NCBI RefSeq assembly: GCF_009914755.1
Contig: NC_060932.1
Source of the DNA: the human T2T-CHM13v2.0 reference genome, Homo sapiens
Reading direction: 5' to 3' (one strand)
Length of the DNA: 64,000 bases
Program-made: the position numbers and the translations under genes
Shown: positions 1 to 14,399 of the stretch, one piece after another
How the letters are laid out: every line of letters starts with the position of its first letter
How positions within the stretch are numbered: the stretch's first letter is position 1
The notes under the pieces: generated by a model
Database searches by the model: none
What the model was told of the DNA's origin: nothing
Seen by the model: only the letters and a program-made list of their open reading frames with translations

Positions 1-824
1 TATGTGTAAAAAGGCTATATTCAAAATTTTTCAGAAATATATACATTTTTAAAAGGAGAAAGTGCTCTTTGCTTCCATTTTTTCATCAACACTAGAATGG
101 GAGGAATATAAAGAGCTTTGTGAATTTAGAAAAATATAGTAGAGCCCCATTTTTCACCTGTAAAATATTCACTTCCTAACTCCTCTGACTCTGTTTGCAG
201 CTCTTAGTATTGCTTTGCTTGTCAGCTATTTCTCACTAAATTTCTACACCAGGTGGAGTTAAACATCCTGAATATCACACTGTTTATTCTCTCTCTGTGC
301 TCTACTTTTCAATAGCAATACATCTACCATTGCATTTGATTTCCTAGTAAGCAACCAGGGAGTTAGTTCTGATTCTCTACTGCTCTCCACTTTCTGATTA
401 TACCCAACTCTAAAACCTTTTTCACTCTTTGGCTTACAGTGCCTAAACTCATCTATTTCTGTTGTTCCAGTGGTCAATTTCTTTGTTCATTTCTTTGTTT
501 CAAGTACCATCTACTTTGAGCCTATAGCTAGACAAATCTCCAAGCCCAATTCTGCCCCATATGTAAATGAGATTAATAACATTGAATTAATTATTCAACC
601 TTTTAAATATAACATCTATAAAATGAAACTTTATAGGATGAAAATCTGCACTGTCAATTCCCTGTTCTGTTTCTCTGCCCTTATTGACTACCATGTATCT
701 ATTCTTACTCAATTTGTCCATTCCACAGTGATACATCAAATATATAGAAATGACTTGAATACAGTTCACACTCTTAAATAATTGTATCTGGCTTATACAC
801 AGAATTTTATGGTTTATCTGTATC

Positions 825-900
825 CCAAACCTCAACATCACCCAATATACCCATGAAACAACCCTACATGTGCACCTCCTGAATCCAAATTTTAAAAAAG
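825..900 (+). mobile_element. L1 3'-end fragment (L1PA/L1PB-like)
   Basis: AATATACCCATGAAACAACCCTACATGTGCACCTCCTGAATCCAAATTTTAAAAAA resembles the terminal part of the primate L1 3' UTR, followed by an A-rich end. Confidence 0.6.
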
Positions 901-1317
901 GAAGAAGGCACAATTTATACTGAAGTTTGGTCATGTCCCTTGGTGAGACTACCACTGCTGAATCCAGTCCATGTTGAGCTTCAGCTTCCTCTTCTCTGAA
1001 CTAGTATATTTAATTACAAAACACACATGTGGGGCCATTTATATATATATAAATTTGTATATAATCTTATTTTGTACTTTACATGTTTGTATCTCTTCCC
1101 TCAAAATAAACAGAATAGCAATGAAAAACCTTTAGAATATGGATCATAGACTTAATACATTTAATGTGCTTCCTCTGACCCTCCCTTTAGGGCCCTAAAT
1201 AACAGACAGCCTCTAGTATATCAAGCCAGAAAAAGACGCCAACTCTCCAAACTCATAGTCCAAGGTAGATTTTGTGAACATTCTGTTGTTGGCTTTTGAT
1301 TTAGCCTTAAAATTTGT

Positions 1318-1705
<388 letters not shown>

Positions 1706-2499
1706 TCATACATTGTACGATGATAAAATGTGCTTCAAAATGAAAAATTTATTGTAAAACTACGATCAAGCGTATTAAAGTAAGAATTAAAAGACACAGA
1801 TCTAAGGCTTAGCTTTCCCATTTAATAGAAGTGACTGTTCGAAGTATCAGATTCTTTAGCTTCCTTTGGTCTTTATGTATGAGACCTTGACATTTAAAGT
1901 AATAGTGCTCATTGTCAACTTAATTGTAAACATAAACACAAACTTGGGCACTTACATCATGCAACTCTACTTTCTGGTCAGTCAGGAGATGCAGAACACA
2001 CCTGTATTACTTTTGGAAAGTTATGAAAATTAAAATACAAATTTCGTATACATATGTGTGTATATATAATCATTTTTTCTCAGAGACCTCATAGCTCACT
2101 AAGAATACATCCACACACATTTAAGACACAGTGACACACAGCAATTCTATTTTAAAAGCCTGCAAAGCAGAGCCAGTTGAATTGTTTTTGTTATTCTCCA
2201 ATAAAAGAAGTATAGGAATTGAGATAATTTAGTGAATTTTATAGCAATCTGATATTTGTTGAATGAAAACATTTCATTCAATATAACCCTTGGCTTATAT
2301 TTTATATGACTTTGTTTTGTAAAGATTGTTGTTTATGATTATTGATTTTCATGGTCTTTTATGAAAATATTAGTCCTGAGGGTTTGAAAATTAAAGCAAA
2401 ACAAATTTTTTAAAAAATGGTCTTTCACCTGGGGGTGGGGGGGAAGAATTTTATGGTTTAACTATGTTATTTACTAATTCATTTGATACAATAGGCTTT

Positions 2500-2580
2500 A
2501 TAATTCTTATCATCCCCATTTTATAGTTGGAGAAAATGAAATTCAAGGAATAAGTAACATTGTAAAGTCTCACAGATGGA
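2500..2580 (-). mobile_element. MIR fragment
   Basis: ATCCCCATTTTATAG...GAAAATGAA...AAGTAAC is the reverse complement of the MIR core. Confidence 0.55.
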
Positions 2581-3114
2581 AAAGTATTCTGAAGTTGTAA
2601 ATGTTTATAGATTTTTAAATTCAAAAACATGTCTTCACAGTCATCTGCTTTAAAAAGTAAATACAGATTTAAAATTGAACAGTATCGTTAACTTTAGTTT
2701 CTGTTCTTCAAATAATATTAAATTGTGGCAGATGCATATGCCCTTCTGATTGTTTGAAAACATTCATTTGATTGCATTATTTTACAGCTGAAATCCATTG
2801 TAGTGCTTTAATTTTCTGATGTGAGGGATATAAGTATAGAAAGAGTTCAGATTACTTGCTAAGTTTTACAAACACTGGTCCTAAAATGTACCTGCTGTAT
2901 TTTCATGTAGGCTGGATCAATATTAAGATATCTAATTCCTTTCTGTCACTTGCTATTACTTGAAGAAATGCTCATCAAATATGTTCTAAATCATATTTCA
3001 TGTGTTGCTTTTGGTATTATATTTGTATGTTGATTATATATTACATTGTATGTACTGTAAGATTATATTGTATTATATTCTGTACTGAAATGTAGAATAT
3101 GTTGTGAAGTCTGA

Positions 3115-3480
<366 letters not shown>

Positions 3481-4501
3481 TAAAGAATTGTTCAAGACTA
3501 TTGTAATAGTAAAATTTATCACTAAACATATTTAAGCAAGGCTTATATTTTTCAGCTGAAGAGGCATTAAAAATATATTTTTCTCATTACATATTTACTG
3601 TAGCAAATAGAAATGATGTTGCAATGCAAAAAGAAGAAACTAAAATTACCTGTAGTTCCTTCATTCAGATAAAGGCACTATTAAATTTTGATTTTATTTT
3701 ACCATTGTTTTCCTCAGCATATCAAGCAGTTCTTTGCCTGTAGCAAGTCTTAATAAATATTAGAGAGTGAAGAAATGAATGAATTAGTGAACAAGAAACG
3801 GATATACACTGATATGAATTTTTTAAACAAAATCTAGATTATAAGTATTGCTTTTTAACTTGCCCTTTTTTCACATAACAAAAAATCCCTAGCAATACAT
3901 GTATTCAGTATTCTACTACAATAGTATTTTAATAGCTGTATCATATCCGAGTCCATGAAAACAGATTACTAACATTTGTTGAATTAGCATAACATATCTG
4001 CCATTGATAGTGCTGTGTTTCGAATTTCTACTGGATCCTGAAATGTCTAAAATGCTTTGCAGTTGGAGGCAATACACCCTTCGAGCCCTATCTCTTCTTG
4101 TCCCTATCCCCTGACCCCAACCCAGTTTCTACCTGGGCAATTATTTACTATTTCCCAGCAGTGACACCAAGCTCTCTGCCTATGTGGGCCGCCCTGTTTA
4201 CAACACACTCTTCCTTCTGCCTTGAATGCTCATCCCACACCTCTTTCCTGAGAGCACACTTGCAGCCTTCCAAATTCAAAGCAAAGATTTCACTCCTGGG
4301 TCCTTTATCACAGTGACCTTAGGAATTAGCATAAATCACTAGAACAAGCTATCTAGTAGAGTTGGAGGAAACTGAAGTTTTGTATCAATTCAGAAAGACA
4401 AAAAGCATTTGACAGTCAAATATCTAGGCAACTTTATTTCCCTGTTGTCCTGTTAATAAGAAAAAGCCATCTAAGACAGCATATTCTTTTCTTCTCTTCA
4501 G

Positions 4502-4674
4502 GAAACAGTGACATTTAATTCTTCTCTTCTGAGGCCCCGTGTGATTGGAGAATGGATTGGTAGAGAAGAAAATGATGCTGATCCCCTAGCTGCTGAAATG
4601 CTACAGCCTCCAATTCCAAGAAGCAAAAATGACCAATGGGAAAGTGAAGATAGTGGCTCTAGTCCTGCAGGAAG
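4502..4674 (+). CDS. C8orf34: C8orf34 internal coding exon (173 nt, phase 0 to phase 2)
   Basis: Pyrimidine tract TTCTTTTCTTCTCTTCAG acceptor and AAG/GTGAGA donor; translates [57 protein letters not shown], matching my recall of human C8orf34; splices in frame to 15695. Confidence 0.93.
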
Positions 4675-7600
4675 GTGAGATGAGCTGTCTGCTGAGATTC
4701 TATATTACTAGTCATTAAAAGGTAAAGGGAAAATAAACCCAAGTTCATGGTTTTTATGAAATCCGTTTTAGTAATTTTTTATAGAAAATTATGTTAGTCT
4801 ATACATAGGATAAAAACATCAATTGCTGTCTCTTAAAATGAGAGTTTCAGACCTGCTTTGGAGTTTTGGTGTTGATTTGTTTTCTTCAAATCTAGATCAC
4901 CATATCTTTGCTACTAAAACCAAATAGAGAATTAATTTCAAGATATGCTGCCAGTCAAGACCTACTATAATATTGGACAGAGAGTGGCTGGCTGTTAAGA
5001 ATTGGAGAGGAGGGACTTCTGATGTACCAGAAAGATATTGTTAATTATCAGGGATAATAAAATTATTAAATGTATAATAGACCATAGGAGGCAAAGTTAA
5101 TATTGACCATAAAGAAAGAGAAGCCTTAGTTAGAACCATTTAAGTTTAGAGTTGATAACTATGATTGAATATATTTATTAACATATATATTCTTTGTTTA
5201 ATTTTTGAAACTGCTATTATTTGTAAATGTGAAAGTCCATACTTTGATTTTACTTAGACCCCTAATGCTCAAAATGGTGGCAGGAGATTTACTTTACGTG
5301 CCCATGTGCTGGTAATAGTGAATTAATGTTGAAATGTCCAGATCTTATTTATTGGAAAAACTATATTCAGAGTAATTTTTTTTTGTAATACCAGTTGCAA
5401 CGAGTAAAACTCAAAACAAAAATGAAAATTTCTGCAAAGTATCTGGGGTGAAAAATATCACGGGAGGCATGGCTTAGACAAGATTGCAAAAACAAATATT
5501 CATGAATGGAAATGTGACAGGAGTTTAAGCTTTCTGTGAGTGTTACCAGCTGCCCGTCACAGAAGAGTTTTTCCTGTGCATAGCATAGCCACAGTAACTT
5601 GGCATTTTCTATGTTAAATTTAGCAGCAACCAATAACTGTTCTTTCTCAAGGAGAAAATTGTATTTTCTACAATGTAATAGCTTTCAGGGGTTCTTTGCG
5701 GTGACTTATCACTTGGCTGGAGGGAAGGAAATTCAGAATACTCATTAATGTGCTTCAGGCCTACAGAAAATTGATTCTATTTCCATGAGAAATAACTTTT
5801 AAATTATTTAAATAGTTGAAGTGTCCTGTGTGAGGAGAGGAAAACCATTTATAAAGATCCATTTACCTTCTTTGTGAAATGCCAGATCAATTTCATCTGT
5901 CAATGAGGGTAATTTTTTTAATACCAGGCTTATAAAACCTACTAGACTTTTATCTTTATTCATTGGTAGATCTTTAGTTCTTAAATGTAAAATAGAGAAA
6001 TGTCAACTTTCATTGTACTTTCATTTAGTCATAATAATAATCAGAACTATTTATCTCAAGTGTCAGTCTATTTTCTTCCTAGCTTCAGTGAGCTCTTATT
6101 CCCGCCTGAATACTCAATAAGGGAGAACCTCTTCTCTAATCCTAGCGGACTCCCTTATCTAGAAAACTCAGTCCATGAACCTGTCTCTTAAATGTTTGTC
6201 TTAATTTTTTTCAGCTTTATTTTGCTCTGTCTTTAAATTATAAATTGAGGTATTACACTGTGACAAGAAAGAGCTGGTGAAATTCTGCCCAGGTGCCCCC
6301 ATTAGAGTAGAAAGAATACATGCATATCTGAATTAAATTTCAGGAACAGCAGTAAACCATGGGCTAGAAACTATATTTTCTCCATCTTCTAATACAAAAT
6401 AGGATTTTTGAATTGATACCAGCAACTCACACCACATTAGATTTGATTTGGATCAAGCAGAAAAGGTTGGAGAAAATTTTTTAATGGCTCCAGAGTCCGT
6501 AACTATAGTATTAGCTTTTACCCTTAAATAGAAATGAACCTGTACTATACTTTAATGACCAACTGACAAAATCGTATCCTAGACTCCTGAAAGAGAAAAC
6601 TTAATTTTCAAGCATGACTCCATCCATTTTTCACCTCACCCTCTCCACTGGGGCTGGCACATTTTTGTTGTCGTTTGACATCTGTTACATGAGTGACAAA
6701 GGCACAGGCTGACGCTAGGCATCTGCTAAATAAAGCTTATTGATGAGAAGAACCATTTATAGTCTTATCTTTATTTCTTGCAGCCTTTCCTATCTCAATT
6801 TTTCTCTATTGTGCATTAAGTCTTACTCAAATGGCTACTACAACACTCCATCTTTGTTACATAGCCAGCTTTCCTTTTCATGCAGAATAATAGATACATG
6901 ATAGGCTAGAGTTTCACCATTAGATTAGAGGGAATTAAATAAATGGCATAATAAACCTTGAGAGTCTTATGCGTAGAAGCTTACCCCCTTTTTTAATGAT
7001 GTACTGTATGTGAACTTCTTTCCCTAGGTCCCCCAAATATGACATTGTATGAAGAGGTTAATAAGTATGTTACAAATAGTTTGATACAAATGACACCTGA
7101 AGCATTAAGTGCTGGTTAGAAAAGAAACTGTGAGGGTGATAAATGGAAACTAGCAGACTAAGACAAGAGATACTAACATGGAGTCCTGCCACATCTTTCT
7201 TAGATTCTCAAAGCAGTTCAGAATTAAGAGTGCTTAAGAAAGAAATTAAAGCATTTGAGTAAGAAAAGTGAGAGGAATTCACCGAACAGAGAGGTGAATG
7301 TGTTGGGAAATGATTGAAGTCTTTCTGTGAGTGTCAGATCCTACCAATTGGTATCAATTGCTATGACTTGCCTAGCTATTTAGTGGGAAAACATATACAT
7401 TCATTGCACATTTAGAGTTATTAAAAATAATCCCACGTTTATAATATAAATGTAAACAAAAATTGAATTTAATAAGCCTATATACTCTTATTTTAAGCCA
7501 TTTTAATTAAACTTTGCAATAGCTGAGTAATGGATTTTCTAAAATTACTTATTAAATTGTAATGTGAATTTGTAAATATGCTCATTAAGCCTTGAAGCCT

Positions 7601-8173
7601 AATGAAGTTCCTCTAAAGCTGAATCACCTTATTAAAACAAAAATAATATCCATAAATACTGTAGATCTGGTGAATTGGCTTTATTTCTTAAGTGAACACT
7701 GTTAGATTGAAAATAGGTCACAAAATAAAGAGAAAATTTTATAATTTAGAAATGTGTATGAAATATTAAAATAAGAGCTAAATTCACTTCCCATTAGGAA
7801 GTTTTCTTTCCATTAAAGCTCATAATTGCTTCTAACATACCTGTGAATAAAACCTGGAAATGGTCCCCTTCCTCTTAGAATTTTTTCTATTGGCAGAAAG
7901 AGACAAGCAGTAAACAAGTGAATATACAAATATATGCCATAAATTCAAGTAGTGATAGGTATGATGGAATATAAATCAAATTTAGTAATTTAGAAATAAT
8001 CTAACATGGAAATTTTAAGCATAAATAATTGTAATTGATTAATATGTAATCTGCCCAAGAAATCAAAGAACAGAAGGCTTGAAATATCTAAAACACACAA
8101 AAATTATACCTCATAACTTATAAATTTCTTAATTTCTTTTTTAGTACAAGTTCAATCCAAAACAAATTTCTTT

Positions 8174-8645
8174 TTGGTTTCCCTCTGAGGCATTTTATTT
8201 GTAAGTATGTATTACATCCCTAGAAAAAGAATCCCAGGATTTTCCCTCCTGTGTGTCTTCGTCTTACTTCTTTGTGGTCCATGATGCCAGCTGAGGTTGT
8301 CAGTACAATGAAACCGAACTGGTCAGATGGGAGCAGATTATGCTGCCATTTTTCTAGATCTTTGAGTTGCACATGAAACCTGGGGCTGATCACTCCATAT
8401 TTGTTTAGCCTGCCTGTGAGGTTCACAACAATCTTCCCAGCTCTGTGATCATCAATGATTTCAGATTCACCAGTGTAGCCATGCTTCATCATCACAGTGA
8501 GAAACAGGATGATAACTCTGGAGCATGGCTTGATAAGAACCTGGTGTTTGTCTCTCTTTTTAGCATTGTGGATGTTCCTGAGAATATCAACCAAGACATT
8601 CATGTGCACCATTGTGGCAGCATGGAAAGATGGCAGCTGAAAGAG
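8174..8645 (-). pseudogene. RPS15A (uS8) processed retrocopy; intronless, 130-codon ORF 8612-8220 still open
   Basis: MVHMNVL...[11 protein letters not shown] aligns end to end with RPS15A (about 22 aa differences); 5' TOP start CTCTTTC, AATAAA at 8199-8194, degenerate poly-A, TSD ACAAATTTCTTT at 8162-8173 and 8646-8657. Confidence 0.96.
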
Positions 8646-8657
8646 ACAAATTTCTTT

Positions 8658-8964
8658 CTTTCTTTTTTTTTTTTTTTTTTTTTTGAGACAGAGTCTCACT
8701 CTGTCACACAGACTGGAGTGCAGTGGTGTTATCTTGGCTCACTGCAGACTCTCCCTCCCAGTTCAAGTGAGCCTCCCACCTTAGCCTCCTGAGAAGCTGG
8801 GACTACAGGTGTGCCCCACCATGCCCAGCTAATTTCTTTTAAATTTTTTGTAGAGATGGGGTTTCACTATGTTGCCCAGGCAGGTCTTGTATTCCTGGAT
8901 TCAAGCAATCCACCCATCTTGGCCCCAAAGTGCTGGGATTACAGGTATGAGCCACCATGCCTGT
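8658..8964 (-). mobile_element. Alu (AluJ-like)
   Basis: Poly-T tail then GAGACAGAGTCTCACTCTG; J-type segments GAGCCTCCCACCTTAGCC and CACTATGTTGCCCAGG. Confidence 0.92.
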
Positions 8965-9929
8965 TTAAGATAAATTTCTTTTTAAAGCCAAAAGAGCATG
9001 CATTTAATTTCAGATCATTGATGAAGTCATTTGGACAGGTTGAAAGTTTTCTTTTTATTTATTTAGTATTCATTTGCTTATGTTAATACCAGGTAATGTG
9101 CTAGATACTGGATAAGACTGACATGACAAAAAATCCTAGACTCAAAGGAATTGCTTAAAAGTGGAGGAGAATGATTTTTAAAAATTTTGTTACTGCTCAG
9201 TTCACAGTACTAGGTATATGACAAGCACTTAAGTGTCTGCTAAACTGATTCTAAAACATCATATTTATATATTCTTAAAAATAGCTCTTACGCATAAAAA
9301 TCTATATGCAACAATTGAGTGTGAAACTTTTCATGACCTCTTCAACTTCCAAGGCCTTAGTGCAAAGGGCACCCTTTAATTAATGACTGGAGTCAAAAAA
9401 AAAAAAAAAAAAGGACACAGGTTCAGCCTACAAGACTGTGAGGGTGAACTCAACAAGCTTAGGAGATAGTCCAAGAAATCATCCAATTTTTCACCAAAAA
9501 GAACGCATGGAATCAGATCAAACTAAATGTTTACCAACCTATGCTCAGAAAGAAAGCGTGAAACTAAACGGAGCAAGCTCAGGCCCACGAGTGAGACAGG
9601 AGTCAGGAGGAGGAGGGCCAGTGGTCAGAATGAAGGCTCAGGAGGCTCCACCTGCTCAGGCAGGCCCACAGGGGAGGTTCTGTGGGGTGACCTCTTTAAA
9701 CTGTTCCTTTCCATTTGATCCTGGTTTAGAAATCACTCTTCTAAACCAAAGCAAAATGGATTCCTTGAGTATATGAACACCAAATTGAAATATTAACTGC
9801 TAGTCTTTCTCATCAGGCCTCTTTTTGTACACTTTCTCTTGATGTGGGATATTATGGCTCAAGAGGAGGCGTTCACATGTCCAGGATGCCCCCTTTGTGT
9901 TCTTTGAACACATAATGATATTAATTACC

Positions 9930-10410
<481 letters not shown>

Positions 10411-10599
10411 CCTTTGCTCTACAGTCTCTCTTCAGAAAGCTGTTCTAAGAATCCTGTTATTAAGCTTTAGGTTCAAATCTGGGAAAGAGGGGCCTCGGAA
10501 CCCTAAGTGCTCTTAGAAAAACCCCTCTTGTTCTGATCTCACTCAACACCATCTGTATGAACACTCCTGCATCCCTGCAGCAGGCAGCTATTTTTTCTT

Positions 10600-12110
10600 A
10601 ATGGTTGTAGGATCCACAGGCTGTGGGGCTGGAGAAGAGGGTGGTGTCATCCTTTATCGTCTGCTGCTTCCAGATCTTGCTGTCTCCTCCCTAAAACAAT
10701 CCCCAGTTCTGCATCTTGTTCTGAATTTCCCAGTGTGTTAATTTCCCACATCATCTTCTAGCAATAATTTGCTAACTGCCAGCCATTCCCCTTTCTCTGA
10801 ACATTCAAATGTCCGGCTCCTGTAACTCTCCCCAGTAGCTTTGCTGCATTGGTTAAGTCAGCGTCAACATCATCGGTGATCCTTCCCCAAACCTGGCCTC
10901 TCACTTTCTTTACCTACTCTTCGCCATGTATCTTGAATTCCACCCTACCTCCCCATCACTCCCTCTGTCATATCCTAGACCTTCTCATTCTCATTATCTG
11001 CAAATCCATGATGTCAATTTCAGGCATCTCACTTTCTGACTACCACCTGTCGTCTTTCTAGTTTATTGCCTCTGACACTCAGCTTTAACTGGGACCCCAA
11101 AAACACTGAGACTGCCAAAGTTTTCTTGTTTCTCACCCACCTTGTTCTTAATTTTTCTCCTTAGTCAGGTTTATCTCTGCCCCATCATGGTAATTTGTCC
11201 CTTGGATATGCCCTCAAGTCTTCTGCTCCTCTTTTCCTGTTTTACTCTCCTGGAAAAACTCTACCATGTTTACATCTAATTGTTTCCCTATTCTGTGGCT
11301 GAACCAACCTAGGCTAGAGAAGGACACATGGCCACACTGGCCAGTATCACTGAATTCACGACCACCAAACTCCAGGGGCACACTGGTGCTACCCGGCAAT
11401 GCAGCTGCACCTGCCTCTGCCATTCACATATTCACTCTCCTCAATGATGACTTCACATTTTTCCTGCTCTCCCCCAATCTCCAAAACTTTTCCCCATCAT
11501 CCTTATTCTTAACTAATGACTCTGTTTCCCATTTCAAAGAGAAAATAGCTGCAGTCATAAAGAAAACCTCCATAAGCTTCCTCCAGCAGACTCTCTGTGC
11601 ACCTGGCTTATCTGTGCTCAGGTTTTCTGCTCTTCCCTATGGCTATGGGTGAGTCACTCATGCTCCGCCTAGGGCAAGCTCCTCCACTCAGCGCTAGGTC
11701 CTTACTCTAAATCACCCATGTAAGCTCATCACTTCTCTTCATTCCCTGCACCATTCCTTTCTCCTAGCTCATTCCCCTCAGCATGAAAGTACGATGGAAC
11801 TTCTCTCTAAAAAGTGAAGCCTCCCTGGCCCCAGCAATTAATTGTTCTCTGTCTTTCATTCAATTTACAAAGAAGCTCCTCAAAGTAGTTTACTTGTGTG
11901 CACTGACCCCTCATTTTGCAATCTTTTCCAAATAGAATGTTATTCCCACCACCTATTGAAAGCAACCTTGTCAATGTCACAGGATGACCTCTTGTCCAAG
12001 TTACCCAGTGTCAGTCAAATGACCTCTGCCTTCTGAAATTCCAACCTCAAGTCTCAGCCCCCATCTTACTTGACCAAACAGCAGTGTTTGAGATTTCATC
12101 TCTCAGTTAT
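10600..12110 (+). mobile_element. Decayed L2-like segment
   Basis: Long C/T-rich tract with L2-type phrases (ATCCTAGACCTT, CTCACTTTCTGACTACCACC, CTTGTCAATGTCAC, CCATCTTACTTGACC). Confidence 0.6.
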
Positions 12111-12127
12111 TTATTCAAATATTTTCC

Positions 12128-12397
12128 TCGCAATCCGTATCTGTAATTGTGAAATTCAAAATGCTCTGACAATGAAAGTTGTTTTCATAATTCATTATAG
12201 CAAAACCTGATCTGAACCCTGCAGATTCTTTATTTATCCCACTCAGTGGGAATGCTGATACATAATGATGTAGAAATACTGAAGTATTTGATAACAGGGT
12301 GAGGCCACAGACCCTCTGGAATGTATTATATAATATAGAGTTTATGCAACAGAACACATCCAGCCTCAAGGATTCTAGAAAAACAGTTATGGACCTG
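12128..12397 (+). mobile_element. MER46C-like (TcMar-Tigger) DNA transposon
   Basis: AGCAAAACCTGATCTGAAC, CTTTATTTATCCCACTCAGTG, CCACAGACCC and terminal ATGGACCTG match my recall of MER46C. Confidence 0.7.
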
Positions 12398-13624
12398 GAA
12401 TAAAATTCTAAGCTTACAATTGGTTAGATAACACTCTTTTTCTGTAAGTAGGCATGTTTTGATAATATGTTTGCCTTTTAGAAATAATTATATTATGTTT
12501 TATAAACTGACATTTGATTTATGCTTATTCATATAAAATAACATTTCAAGATACAGTATATATTAATTTTGCATAAAATATTTAATATCTAACCATCCTA
12601 TATATATATTTAGGTACATAGTAAGCACAAGCAGTAGTCAGAATGTACATATAACATCTGCTTCAAACAGTTATACTTTGTGAATTATTATTTAACTCCT
12701 AAGGGGGAAAATCGCCTTAAAGCCGTAACTGTCTTTTTACATGAAAACATAAAATATATTTGGTAAGCATAGAATATTATAAAGTATAATATTCTATTAC
12801 ATTTTGTTAAATTTACAATATAAAATTTAAAGTTATGAAGGAAAATTTAATTGATTTATTAAACAGACCTAAGTAGAGCTATTTGCCAGGCACTATTCTA
12901 CATTTATTAACCCTTTTTAATAGTCCAACCACTGGATTATTAAATATATTGGAAGTACTACAGTAAGCTGCATTATGGATAACAAAACTGAGGAAAAGAA
13001 AGAAGTAACTTGCCCCAAATTATTCATCTTGTAAATAAACTATGTTCAATTGTCATTCATAGCAGTATCTATATCCCTTCTAGTAGTCAAAATCAAAAGC
13101 GAATGGGGCTAAAATAATACATGAATATTGTTATTTTAAATGAATTTAATTTAGATAAAATAATTTAGGTGTTAATTCAGCTTAACATGTTAGATCTATC
13201 AGCTAAGAAATCCAAATTAAAATTTTGTTTTGATTGGTTTTGTTTACTTCTCAATGAATAAAGTTGGTCAAGGAAGACTTTAACATTGTTACATTGTTTC
13301 TCAGTTTAGAAGACACGTAATGCAATGATGCAGAGGACAGATGCCATGGCAAGAGACTGAAGCTAAATAAACTTCTTCCTTCCATTTTCAAGTGAATATT
13401 TATGTTTTATTTCCACTATTAAAGAGTAAACATGATTTTCTTTAAGTATTTGGAATGATATCGAGGGTTAGTCAAATTAAAAAATTACTTAAAAAGGGGT
13501 GCATTTTTACGACATCTTAGCAACAATCCTATTTCTGTTGGGAACCTAAGTTGGGATAGAAGATAAAATTAAAATAAATATTGCCAACATGTGTATGTTT
13601 TCATATATTTGTTCTTATTTTTTC

Positions 13625-14395
13625 CCTCACCTTTTTACTTTTAAAAGTTTCAAACCACAGAATATTTAAAAGTAGTAATATCAAGATCCACATACCCTCC
13701 ACCTGTATTCACCAATGAACATTTTACCATCTTTATCTATGACCTATTATCTATATATCTATCATATTATCATATTCTATTTTTTGCTGAACCATCTGAA
13801 AATAAATTACAGATTTTATAAAATGTTAATTCTGTTATTCTTCAGCGTGTATTTCTTAGGAATAAAGATATTTTCTTATGTACCCATAATATAATCATCA
13901 TATCAAACCAATCCCACCATAAAGTTATCTAATGTAGAGTCCACTTTCAAATGTCTTCAATTTTTCCAGTAAAGTCCTTTATGGATTTTTGTATACTTGT
14001 TTATTTATTTTTTATCTAGCATCTAATAAAGGATCATGTGTGGAATCTAGTTGTCAAATCTTTTTAGTCTTCTATAATCTACAACAGTCCTCTGCCTTTT
14101 GTTTCTTTTTTATGACATTTACATTCTTGAAGACTATGGGCCAGTTATCTTCAAAAATTTCTCCCAATCTGCGTTTGTCTGATTGTTCTCTGATTAAATT
14201 CAGATTAGATATTTTTGGAAAAAAATTCTACATAGTTGATGGGATGTACTTTCTTATTATATCATATTAGGAAGTACATAATGTCAATTTGTCCAGTATT
14301 ATTGGTGATGCTAAGTTTGATCACTTGGTTAAGGTGATGTCCACCAGATTTTTCCAGTGTAAAGGTATCAGTTGCCCTTTCTAATTAACAAGTCG
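13625..14395 (-). mobile_element. Old L1 (L1MC-like) 3' region
   Basis: TTTTGCTGAACCATCTGAAAATAAATTACAGA and GATGCTAAGTTTGATCACTTGGTTAAGGTG typical of antisense L1MC 3' UTR. Confidence 0.65.
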
Positions 14396-14399
14396 TGTC

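Noticed and set aside
8613-8699. N-terminal extension MRLCLKKKK... of the RPS15A ORF
   Set aside because: Starts at a GTG inside the Alu and reads through its poly-A tail; the real start is the ATG at 8612.
9394-9776. GC-richer stretch with 112-aa ORF after an A-run
   Set aside because: Non-ATG start, no recognisable homology, no TSD or convincing splice sites.
13340-13353. GATGCCATGGCAAG resembling an RFX X-box
   Set aside because: Both outer positions that define the box (GTT...AAC) are mismatched and there is no promoter context.
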